Counted from the stretch's first letter, positions 7,470 to 15,712 are shown. The stretch: DNA of 17,247 bases from Candidatus Altarchaeum sp. (GCA_018260615.1 JAGWDQ010000147.1:1-17247); one strand, 5' to 3'. Notes: a model not told the origin generated them from the letters alone. Numbers and translations: made by a program.

Positions 7470-8009
7470 ATGATAATAACTTTATCTGGAACAATCGGCT
7501 CGGGAAAAACAACTATTGCCAGCGAAATTTCAAGACAAAACTTTGTGCACATATCGGCAGGCGGAATAATGCGAAAGATGGCAAAGGAAAGAAATTTATC
7601 GCTTTTGGACTTTTCCGCTTACGCCGAAAAAAATTTTGAAATAGATAAAGAAATAGACGCACTCCAAAAGTCGTTGGTTAAAGAAGAGGTTAAGAGGGGA
7701 AATAATTGTGTCGTTGAGGGCAGAATTTCGTGGTTTGTGATGAAGTCAGATATCAAAATTTTTCTGGATGCAGATATTGATGTCAGGGCAAAAAGAGTTA
7801 CAAAAAGGGAAAAATGCAGTTATGATGATGCGAGCAGCGGCATAAAGAACAGGGAATTGAGCGAATATAAACGATTTAAGGAAATTTATAGCATAGACAT
7901 AAACGATTTGAGAAATTACGACTTATGTATAAATACCTCAAAGTGGGACATTGAAGGCATGAAAAAGATTATTTTTACTGCAATTGAAAATTTAAAAATT
8001 CAAATTTAA
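7470..8009 (+). CDS. cmk: Cytidylate kinase, archaeal type
   Basis: 179 aa with IITLSGTIGSGKTT, HISAGGIMRKMAKE, EIDKEID, VVEGRIS, KIFLDADIDVRAKR, R..SEYKRFKEIYSID and YDLCINTS. Confidence 0.9.
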   Translation: MIITLSGTIGSGKTTIASEISRQNFVHISAGGIMRKMAKERNLSLLDFSAYAEKNFEIDKEIDALQKSLVKEEVKRGNNCVVEGRISWFVMKSDIKIFLDADIDVRAKRVTKREKCSYDDASSGIKNRELSEYKRFKEIYSIDINDLRNYDLCINTSKWDIEGMKKIIFTAIENLKIQI

Positions 8010-8023
8010 AAATAAGAAAATAT

Positions 8024-8285
8024 TCACACAAAGCCACAGAGTATTTTGAAAACGCAGTTTTCAAATCGCAGAGATTTGAAAATCTCCGAACGCAGTGAGG
8101 TGATTTTAAATTCGCAAAGAATTTAAAATATGAGAGTGAAACGAACTTAAGTTTTGAAAATCTCCGGGCAATTTTAAATTTCTCATAGAAATTTTAAATC
8201 TCCGAACGCAGTGAGGTGAGAGCGAGGTGACTGCGTCTCGGTGTGAGAAACCAAAAATAAAGAATGAACTTTCCTGTACGATAAA
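8024..8285. repeat. Composite mosaic palindromic element (BIME/MITE-like), copy 2
   Basis: 24-bp direct repeat AAATCTCCGAACGCAGTGAGGTGA at 8080-8103 and 8196-8219. Hairpins at 8045-8065, 8058-8082, 8103-8129 and 8171-8199. Outer ends are shared with the copy at 178-267. It sits between the convergent cmk and signal peptidase genes. Confidence 0.9.
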
Positions 8286-8296
8286 AATTTATAAAT

Positions 8297-9049
8297 TTAA
8301 TGCCCTCTGAAAGGAGATGTTACAAACGAAATTATATCATTGAGCCATATCTTTATATATCCTACTTTCGGAATGAGTATCCACGCATTTGTGATTACCT
8401 GTGTTTCAGGAATCATACGCATTGATGTTCGTGTGCTGCCCATTAAACCGCACTGATCTGTAATCGGATTATTGTCCCCTTTTGTTATGTAAAATTTAAA
8501 ATTGCCTTCTTTCGGGAAATTTTTGTAAGGGCATATTCCTTTCATTGTTGCAGCATTTGTATTATAATATTTTGTTTCTTCATTGCACATTTTAACACTT
8601 TCTATTGCCTCTTCAATTTGGTTTTCATTGATACAATCTAATGTTCCGCTGTAATTTTCAAATTTCCAGTCCTTTATTGAAATAATTCCTATGGCTCTGT
8701 GAATAATCGGAGCGGATTCTGAGCCGTAATGCTCAAGGTCCCTTTCATAAATAACTACATCTCCTATATTTATGTTATTTGTTCGCTTTGTTATTATCAC
8801 ATCGCCCTTGTCAAATCCGCCAATAAGCGGAAATCCTGTATAATTTAAATTATTTTCTTCAAACCAGTTCTTCCATTGAGTGTCCTCGTGCAGCATACTT
8901 GTAGAAATAACAACAACAATCGGAGGAAAAGGCGGACCTAATAGCAAATACATTGCCCCGAATATAATTAACACTGCTGCAAGTGCATAAACAACATCCT
9001 GAAGGAGTGAAAATGCTTCATGTTTAAGATTGGATTTAGATGACTGCAT
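8297..9049 (-). CDS. sec11: Signal peptidase I, archaeal/ER type (S26B, Sec11-like)
   Basis: 250 aa. N-terminal TM, catalytic Ser box VVISTSM, KGDVII, GDVVIY, PIIHRA (His) and YITKGDNNPITDQ. Confidence 0.9.
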   Translation of the reverse strand: MQSSKSNLKHEAFSLLQDVVYALAAVLIIFGAMYLLLGPPFPPIVVVISTSMLHEDTQWKNWFEENNLNYTGFPLIGGFDKGDVIITKRTNNINIGDVVIYERDLEHYGSESAPIIHRAIGIISIKDWKFENYSGTLDCINENQIEEAIESVKMCNEETKYYNTNAATMKGICPYKNFPKEGNFKFYITKGDNNPITDQCGLMGSTRTSMRMIPETQVITNAWILIPKVGYIKIWLNDIISFVTSPFRGH

Positions 9050-9128
9050 CTTAAAAGATAAAATTTAAAAATAAAAATAAAAAAATTTAAAAAATAAAAA
9101 ATTTATATTTGTTTGGTTGTAAGATTCT

Positions 9129-9917
9129 TTATATTACAACAGTGGTTCGATTTCCTTTACTCTCTATCGTTGATATTGCGTTTATGGCTTCTTCAGGAAG
9201 TTGTATATCAACTGGCTTGTTTATATCTTTATACACAAATTTCATTTGCATACCTATCTTCATTTTCGTACCTTGTGCAGACACCTCCATATCAAATTTT
9301 ACATCTTCTTTTTTGATGAAATTTGTTACCTTATCTACATAGATTGTGTATGAACTGACATTTAAAGTATATTCCATTCCCTGCATCATTTCTGAACTTT
9401 TACCAAGTTGTTCTTTTAATTTTTCCGCATCCGGAACAATATTTACTTTATAGCATGCCACCCCATCCACAGTTTCTTCTCCTGCAACATCAATCTTTGT
9501 CTTCGGGCTTTTTAAAATTTCTGTTGTTTTCTCGTATTGTTTTGCCTGATCTTCAAAACCTGCCATTCCGCTGCTCTCCTGTTCTAAATCGGACTTTGTC
9601 ATTTTAATCCATTGTCCTGCCTGTTCCATGTACATTTCATCGCCAATCAGATACATTTCCATATTTTGTCCCATCATACTCATATTCATATACATTTTTT
9701 TGTTCTCCACGTCCACTTTTCCGTTCATGGGCATGGTAATTCCCATTCCGGCTCCTCCGTAACTTATCTCACTCTCAAACACATAACTCTTTACATTCTT
9801 CTGTGCTTCAATCACCTTATTTACATCAAATCCCCCGCCTTCACTTCCAATACATCCTGACAGCAACAACATTCCCGCAACAACAATCGCCCCCAAAATA
9901 GCATATCCCGGTTTCAT
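9129..9917 (-). CDS. Lipoprotein, probable LolA/LppX-like beta-sheet fold (DUF6612-like)
   Basis: 262 aa with lipobox LLSGC (Cys22), Met-rich alternating beta strands, GEETVDGVACYKV and C-terminal YKDINKPVDIQLPEEA. The fold is assigned by motif resemblance only. Confidence 0.6.
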   Translation of the reverse strand: MKPGYAILGAIVVAGMLLLSGCIGSEGGGFDVNKVIEAQKNVKSYVFESEISYGGAGMGITMPMNGKVDVENKKMYMNMSMMGQNMEMYLIGDEMYMEQAGQWIKMTKSDLEQESSGMAGFEDQAKQYEKTTEILKSPKTKIDVAGEETVDGVACYKVNIVPDAEKLKEQLGKSSEMMQGMEYTLNVSSYTIYVDKVTNFIKKEDVKFDMEVSAQGTKMKIGMQMKFVYKDINKPVDIQLPEEAINAISTIESKGNRTTVVI

Positions 9918-9986
9918 TTTAAAATTTATAATTGTAATATAATTATTATTAAAAGATAAAATATAAAATATAAATTTAATACATAA

Positions 9987-10661
9987 ATGTCAGTAAAAAC
10001 AATGGACTCAATAATGGAAAAATTTCACAATTTTTTTATCTCGCATGATAAAATAAAAATTTTTGTGTGGATTTATATAATAATAGCATTAATCGCGGCT
10101 GTTTTATTAAATTTATTTGCATTTCTGGTATTGATTCTCGTACATTATTTTATGGATGTCTACGTACATATTCACAATGGCTATTCAAAAAAATTTTCCC
10201 TGATAAAATCACTTCAGGAATGTAAGGTTGATTTTATGTTTTTCTTTGTCGGACTGGGAATAGATATGATTTTGCATTTTGCTATGGCTGCGGCGGCGGC
10301 AAGAGGATTAGGTATGTTTGGAAATTTAATAAGGGCGGTTCCAAGGGCGGTAGGAATTATTAAAGCGGCAAAGGGAACATCTCATTTGCTCATTGACCTG
10401 CTGCGACACGGCAAGCATAAGACACAGAATAATAAAGAAAACAAAGAAAGCTGGGAAAGCGGGGAAAAAATAATTTTTGACCAGTGGGATTATATTGCTG
10501 TAATTATAAGTTTCCTTTTTGTAGCTGTCGGAATTTTTATTTTGGCAGGCAACGGATATAACGGACATGAAATAATAGATGTAATATTAGAGGCATTAAA
10601 TCCATTTGAAATTCAGGCAGAGCAGTTATTCGGAGGAGAAGGTGTTGAAACACACCCCTAA
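9987..10661 (+). CDS. Hypothetical membrane protein
   Basis: 224-aa ORF with about three hydrophobic segments and an AAATG start, co-oriented 45 nt upstream of priS. I do not recognise a family. Confidence 0.65.
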   Translation: MSVKTMDSIMEKFHNFFISHDKIKIFVWIYIIIALIAAVLLNLFAFLVLILVHYFMDVYVHIHNGYSKKFSLIKSLQECKVDFMFFFVGLGIDMILHFAMAAAAARGLGMFGNLIRAVPRAVGIIKAAKGTSHLLIDLLRHGKHKTQNNKENKESWESGEKIIFDQWDYIAVIISFLFVAVGIFILAGNGYNGHEIIDVILEALNPFEIQAEQLFGGEGVETHP

Positions 10662-10706
10662 AATTTACTCTCTTAAAATTTATTAAAATTTACAAAATTT
10701 ATCTAA

Positions 10707-11855
10707 ATGGAACAAAAAACAGCACAATATGTCAAAAGGAAATTTCAGGAATACTATATTAAGCACAATCTCCCTGCACCACCCGAGGTAAATCACAGGG
10801 AATTCGGATTTTGGTTAGATTCGGAAAGAAAGTCCGTACCAATCAGACACAAATCATTTAAATCGGAAAGTGAGTTAAATCGCTATTTACAGTCACAACA
10901 GTCACTTTTTCATATTTCATATTCTACGGCATATTACGAATTTCCGGAAAATGAAATTGCCCGCAAAGGATGGCTTGGAGCTGACCTGATATTTGATTTT
11001 GATGTCAAGATGGAATTCATTGAACTTAAAACGATTGGAGTAATTTGGGATGAAATTTTGAAATTGCTTGACTTTTTGAAGGGTGACTTTGGATTTTCAG
11101 CAAATGTTCTTAAGGTAAATTTTTCAGGAAGCAAGGGATTTCATTTAAAGGTCTTTGACGAGAGAGTAAGAAAATTGGGAAAAGAAGAAAGAAGGGAAAT
11201 TTTGGACTATGTGACTGCAAACGGCTTACTTGATGACATTAAGAAAAGTGAATTTTTTGAGGTAAAGGAGATCGGAAGCGGAGTGGAAATAATGGACAGA
11301 AAAAGAGGAGGAACTGAAACAAAAACAGAAATTTTAATCGGCCCGAAAATTGACGATGTCGGATGGGGAAAAAGGATAGCGGAGTCGGCAATTGAAATTT
11401 TAAAAGAGGATGAAAATAACAAACGGCTTGGAGAGGAAAAAAGAAAAAAAACAAAAGAAATACTTGAAGATATAAAAAACGGGAATTATGATAAATTCAG
11501 GGAGTATCTGAAAGATAAACGAATGAAGGAGAAAATTAAAAAACGCTCGGTAAATTTAACCGCTGATACGGACAGGCAGGTAACACAGGATATATCGCGG
11601 CTGATACGACTGGAAAATACACTGCACGGAGGAACGGGACTTATAGCAAAAGTTGTTGCTCTTGACAATTTTAATGTTGAAAAAAATTTTAAGGACTTTG
11701 TTGCGTTTAATGAGACCAATGTTGAAATTTCTCTTAATGATGACCAGAAATTCTGGCTACTCAATGATTTTGAACTAAAAAAAGGAATTAATAAAGTTCC
11801 GGAATATGCTGCAATTTATCTGATGCTGAAAGGAAAAGCAGAAATTTTAAAATAA
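10707..11855 (+). CDS. priS: DNA primase small (catalytic) subunit, archaeo-eukaryotic type
   Basis: 382 aa with HREFGF, RHKSF, SYSTAYY, GADLIFDFD (catalytic DxD), FSGSKGFH and D..VT.DISRLIRLENTLHGGTG. Confidence 0.95.
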   Translation: MEQKTAQYVKRKFQEYYIKHNLPAPPEVNHREFGFWLDSERKSVPIRHKSFKSESELNRYLQSQQSLFHISYSTAYYEFPENEIARKGWLGADLIFDFDVKMEFIELKTIGVIWDEILKLLDFLKGDFGFSANVLKVNFSGSKGFHLKVFDERVRKLGKEERREILDYVTANGLLDDIKKSEFFEVKEIGSGVEIMDRKRGGTETKTEILIGPKIDDVGWGKRIAESAIEILKEDENNKRLGEEKRKKTKEILEDIKNGNYDKFREYLKDKRMKEKIKKRSVNLTADTDRQVTQDISRLIRLENTLHGGTGLIAKVVALDNFNVEKNFKDFVAFNETNVEISLNDDQKFWLLNDFELKKGINKVPEYAAIYLMLKGKAEILK

Positions 11856-11906
11856 ATTTAAAAATTTTAAAATAAATTTAATTGATTATATGAAAATATA
11901 ACTAAT

Positions 11907-13760
11907 ATGGACAAGGTTAATAACGAATTAAAGGACAAGATTAATAAATTAAAGTATTACGGATTTAGTGATAAAAAGGTTTTGGAAATTTTAAAAAGGA
12001 ACGAAGAATTTAGAAATTTTGACGAAAAGAAATTGAGAGAAATCAGGAGAATGCCTGTTTATAAGATGGTTGATACTTGTGCGGGAGAATTTGAGGCATC
12101 AACACCTTATTACTATTCTACCTACACCGATGAAGAAGATGAAGTTAATGTTTCAGATAACAAAAAGGCAATAATTTTAGGTGCAGGCCCTATCAGAATC
12201 GGGCAGGGAATTGAATTTGATTACTGCACTGTTCATGCAATATCGGCATTAAGAGAGGAAGGAATAGAAGCAATTATCATAAATAACAATCCCGAAACCG
12301 TCTCAACCGATTTTGATGTTTCCGACAAATTGTACTTTGAACCGCTAACATTGGAGGATGTATTAAATGTCATTAAAAAAGAGAGCAAAAATCTCACCGA
12401 TAAAAATTTTTTGGGAGTTATCGTGCAGTTTGGCGGTCAGACATCTATAAATTTGGCGAATGCTCTCAAAAAAGAAGGAGTACATGTTTTGGGAACACAG
12501 CCGGAAGATATTGACATCGGAGAGAACAGGGAGAAGTCAGAGAAATTTTTTGATAACTTGGGAATATTGAAGGCAAAAGGAGGAACGGGTTATTCCTTTG
12601 AAGAAGTCAGGGAAATAGCAAATGAAATCACCTATCCTGTTTTAGTCAGGCCAAGTTATGTTTTGGGGGGGAGAGCTATGGAAATTGTTTATAGTGATGG
12701 GGAACTTGCAGAGTATATGAAAGAAGCAGTAAAGGTTAGCGAAGATGAATTAGGCAAACATCCTATATTAGTTGATAAATTTCTTTCCGATGCCACCGAA
12801 TGTGATGTTGATGCGGTATGCGACGGAAAAGATGTTTTAATCGGAGCAATAATGGAGCATATAGAGGAAGCGGGAATTCATTCCGGTGATTCCGCTGCTG
12901 TAATCCCTACACAAACATTAAGCAGGGAAATCATAGCGCAGCTCAAGGAGACCACAAAAAAAATTGCAGTAAATTTACGGACTATCGGAATGCTCAACAT
13001 TCAGTATGCAATTAAGGACAAAAAAATTTATGTCATTGAGGCAAATCCGCGGGCGAGCAGAACCGTCCCTTTTGTAAGCAAAGCAACAGGCATTCAGTTA
13101 GCAAAGCTCGCCACAAAGGTTATACTTGGAAAGAAACTGAATGAACTGATGGATGTATCTCAACATAACGAAAATGTTGAAAAAACAAAGCATGTTTGTG
13201 TTAAAGAAGTTGTTTTTCCGTTTTTAAAACTCCCGAATGTTGACCCTGTGCTTGGTCCTGAAATGCGTTCAACAGGTGAGGTTATGGGAATTGCCGATAG
13301 TTTCGGGCTCGCATTTTATAAAGCGGAATTTGCAGCAGGCACAAAGATTCCGCTGAATGGAAAAATTTTTATAAGTGTCAGAAGTGAAGATAAGGAAGAA
13401 ATTTTGCAGGTTGCAAAAAAATTTTACGATTTAAATTTTGAAATAATTTCAACATCCGGGACATCGCGATACTTATCACAGCACGGAATTGCAAACACAC
13501 GGGTTTTAAAGATAAGCGAGGGTGAGCCAAACATATTAAATTTAATGAGAAACAGGGAGATTGACCTTGTCATAAACATCCCGAAGTTAGGAGTAAATCC
13601 GAGAAAGGACGGATATATGATAAGGAGGGCGGCAGTTGAGCTTAATATTCCGTACATAACAACAATAAAAGCGGTGAAGGCAGTCATTAATGCAATTGAA
13701 ACATTAAGAAAAGGAGAAGAAATTTCTGTTAAGGATGTGAATGAATACAGGAATGGCTGA
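11907..13760 (+). CDS. carB: Carbamoyl-phosphate synthase large subunit, C-terminal half (split CarB; second ATP-grasp plus MGS domain)
   Basis: 617 aa with YKMVDTCAGEFEASTPYYYSTY, GAGPIRIGQGIEFDY, NNNPETVSTD, VRPSYVLGGRAM, HIEEAGIHSGDS, EANPRASRTVPF and GPEMRSTGEVMG. The N-terminal carboxyphosphate domain is absent, and the upstream neighbour is priS. Confidence 0.92.
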   Translation: MDKVNNELKDKINKLKYYGFSDKKVLEILKRNEEFRNFDEKKLREIRRMPVYKMVDTCAGEFEASTPYYYSTYTDEEDEVNVSDNKKAIILGAGPIRIGQGIEFDYCTVHAISALREEGIEAIIINNNPETVSTDFDVSDKLYFEPLTLEDVLNVIKKESKNLTDKNFLGVIVQFGGQTSINLANALKKEGVHVLGTQPEDIDIGENREKSEKFFDNLGILKAKGGTGYSFEEVREIANEITYPVLVRPSYVLGGRAMEIVYSDGELAEYMKEAVKVSEDELGKHPILVDKFLSDATECDVDAVCDGKDVLIGAIMEHIEEAGIHSGDSAAVIPTQTLSREIIAQLKETTKKIAVNLRTIGMLNIQYAIKDKKIYVIEANPRASRTVPFVSKATGIQLAKLATKVILGKKLNELMDVSQHNENVEKTKHVCVKEVVFPFLKLPNVDPVLGPEMRSTGEVMGIADSFGLAFYKAEFAAGTKIPLNGKIFISVRSEDKEEILQVAKKFYDLNFEIISTSGTSRYLSQHGIANTRVLKISEGEPNILNLMRNREIDLVINIPKLGVNPRKDGYMIRRAAVELNIPYITTIKAVKAVINAIETLRKGEEISVKDVNEYRNG

Positions 13761-13813
13761 TAAATTAAATTTAAAAATTTAAAATTTAATGGCTTAAAAT
13801 TAGAGTGAACATC

Positions 13814-14956
13814 ATGAAAAGTAATGAAATAAATAAAGGAATAAAGAAAACTCCTGTCTTATGTGCGAATAATCATGCCCACCAAAAGGATTATGCCGAG
13901 TTTGTTAACAATTTAAAGCAAAAAATACTGTTAGCCCGTCAGAAAACTGTGCTGTCAGTAAATAAAGAGTTAATAATTCTTTATTGGGAAATTGGTCAAA
14001 GCATACTTAAAAAGCAGGAGGACGAAGGTTGGGGAGCTAAAATAATTGATAATTTATCAGGGGATTTGAGTAAAAGTTTCCATGAAATGAAAGGATTTTC
14101 CACAAGAAATTTAAAATACATGCGTAAATTTGCAGAAACCTATCCTGATTTTGAAATTGTGCAGCAACTTGCTGCACAAATGCCGTGGTTCCATAATTGT
14201 ATACTGATTGATAAAGTTAAGGATCATACGGAGAGAATGTGGTATATACAGCAGGCAATTGAAAATGGCTGGTCAAGAAATGTACTTGTTCATCAGATAG
14301 AAAGCGATTTATATGTGAGACAAAATAAAGTAAGTAAAACAACTAATTTTAAAAAAACACTGCCTTCTCCGCAATCTGATTTGGCATATCAGATCCTAAA
14401 AGATCCGTACCTTTTTGGTTTTTTAAGTACCGGTGAAGAAGCACACGAAAGAGAAATAGAAAAAGAGTTAACAAAACACATAACACATTTTCTTCTTGAG
14501 TTGGGTGCCGGCTTTTCGTTTGTCGGGAAACAATATCATATTGAGGTTGCAGATGAAGATTACTACATAGACCTTTTGTTCTATCACCTGAAACTAAGAT
14601 GCTATGTTGCTATTGAACTGAAGGCAGGCAGCTTTAAGCCGGAATATGCAGGCAAAATAAATTTCTATCTTTCCGCGCTTGATGATTTGGTGAAACACCC
14701 CGATGACAATCCTTCAATAGGCATCATATTGTGTAAAACAAAAAACAGGATTACAGCAGAATATGCTTTAAGAGATATGACAAAACCAATAGGTGTTGCA
14801 GAATATAAAATAGCTGAGTCCATTCCTGATGAATTGAAAACAAATCTGCCAACGGTGGAGGAATTGGAAGGTGAACTTGAAAAAAATTTAAATAAGTCGG
14901 ACAAAATTCATAAAAGTAAGATAAAAATACCAAAGACATTAAATTTTAAAAAATAA
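13814..14956 (+). CDS. yhcG: DUF1016/YhcG family protein (N-terminal HTH-like region plus PD-(D/E)XK nuclease domain)
   Basis: VNKELIILYWEIG, GWGAKII..LS.DL, GFSTRNLKYMRKFA, KDPYLF.FL, FLLELGAGFSFVGKQ, YIDLLFYHLKLRCYVAIELK, FKPEYAGKINFYL and DNPSIGIILC. ATG at 13814; an upstream GTG at 13805 is also possible. Confidence 0.92.
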   Translation: MKSNEINKGIKKTPVLCANNHAHQKDYAEFVNNLKQKILLARQKTVLSVNKELIILYWEIGQSILKKQEDEGWGAKIIDNLSGDLSKSFHEMKGFSTRNLKYMRKFAETYPDFEIVQQLAAQMPWFHNCILIDKVKDHTERMWYIQQAIENGWSRNVLVHQIESDLYVRQNKVSKTTNFKKTLPSPQSDLAYQILKDPYLFGFLSTGEEAHEREIEKELTKHITHFLLELGAGFSFVGKQYHIEVADEDYYIDLLFYHLKLRCYVAIELKAGSFKPEYAGKINFYLSALDDLVKHPDDNPSIGIILCKTKNRITAEYALRDMTKPIGVAEYKIAESIPDELKTNLPTVEELEGELEKNLNKSDKIHKSKIKIPKTLNFKK

Positions 14957-14973
14957 GTTCACTTCGCTCTCAT
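14954..14973. repeat. Fragment of the interspersed element at the yhcG stop codon
   Basis: TAAGTTCACTTCGCTCTCAT is the reverse complement of 8130-8149 (ATGAGAGTGAAACGAACTTA) at 17 of 20 positions. Confidence 0.6.
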
Positions 14974-14995
14974 TAAAAATTTGAATAAATTTAAA

Positions 14996-15712
14996 ATGGA
15001 TGAAAATGAGTTAAACGAATTGCGATAAATTTCCGGCTATGAAGCGGCAAAATTTGTTGAAAACAATTTTATTGTCGGATTGGGAACGGGAAGAAACGCA
15101 AGATGTTTTATTGATGCACTTGCAGAAAGAATAAAGGCGGAAAATTTAAATATCATCGGCGTTCCGACATCAGAGGGCAGCAAAAAATACGGGATTGAAA
15201 AAGGAATAAAAATTAAGGAATTGAATGAAATTGATTTGAATATAGGTGTAGACATTGATGTTGACGGAGCGGATCAGGTAGCAGGCGATTTTTCACTCAT
15301 CAAGGGATACGGCGGTGCATTGACAAGAGAAAAAGTCATAGCAAAGGCAGCCAAAAAATTCATAGTTGTCGTTGATGAGACAAAAATTTCAGAAACCAAA
15401 AATTTAAACAAGCCAGTTCCCGTTGAGGTTATTCCTTTTGCGGTGAATTATGTTAAAAATGTGCTGGAGAAAAAATACAACGCAACCTGTGATATGATGA
15501 AGAAAAAGGACAAAGATGAAATTTTGAGCACAGATAACGGAAATTTTATTATTCTTGCAAATTTCGGAGAAATTTCAAATCCGGAAGAACTTGAAGATGA
15601 GTTAAATTTAATAAGCGGTGTTGTTGAAAATGGTATATTTGCAAAGAGAAAACCGGATGTCTTAATTACCGGAAGGGAGAGCGGGGTTGAAATTTTAGAA
15701 CGGAAAAAATGA
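14996..15712 (+). pseudogene. rpiA: Ribose-5-phosphate isomerase A interrupted by an in-frame TAA at codon 11 (nonsense allele or sequence error)
   Basis: From ATG 14996 (TTAAAATG) the frame reads MDENELNELR*ISGYEAAKFVENNFIVGLGTG... and continues in frame into the 15080-15712 ORF with DGADQV, IKGYGGALTREKV, PVEVIPFA, TDNGNFI and GVVENGIF. The rpiA identity is secure; whether the gene is really inactive is not. Confidence 0.75.

Noticed and set aside
8080-8219. Two identical 24-bp repeats as a possible CRISPR array
   Set aside because: There are only two copies, the 92-bp spacer is itself made of hairpin modules, no cas genes are nearby, and inverted or degenerate copies are dispersed elsewhere.
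11842-11881. 20-bp tandem duplication AAATTTTAAAATAAATTTAA spanning the priS stop
   Set aside because: It is real but pure A/T; most likely a slippage duplication with no evident function.
5386-13804. Shared ATGGCTTAAAA(A)TTAGA at 5386-5402 and 13789-13804
   Set aside because: It is mostly A/T with an indel, lies in opposite orientation relative to the downstream genes, and cannot be distinguished from chance without genome-wide counts.
15026-15028. Genome-wide stop-codon reassignment as the explanation for the rpiA TAA
   Set aside because: TAA terminates many intact genes here, including cmk, priS, yhcG, the ATPase and oapB.
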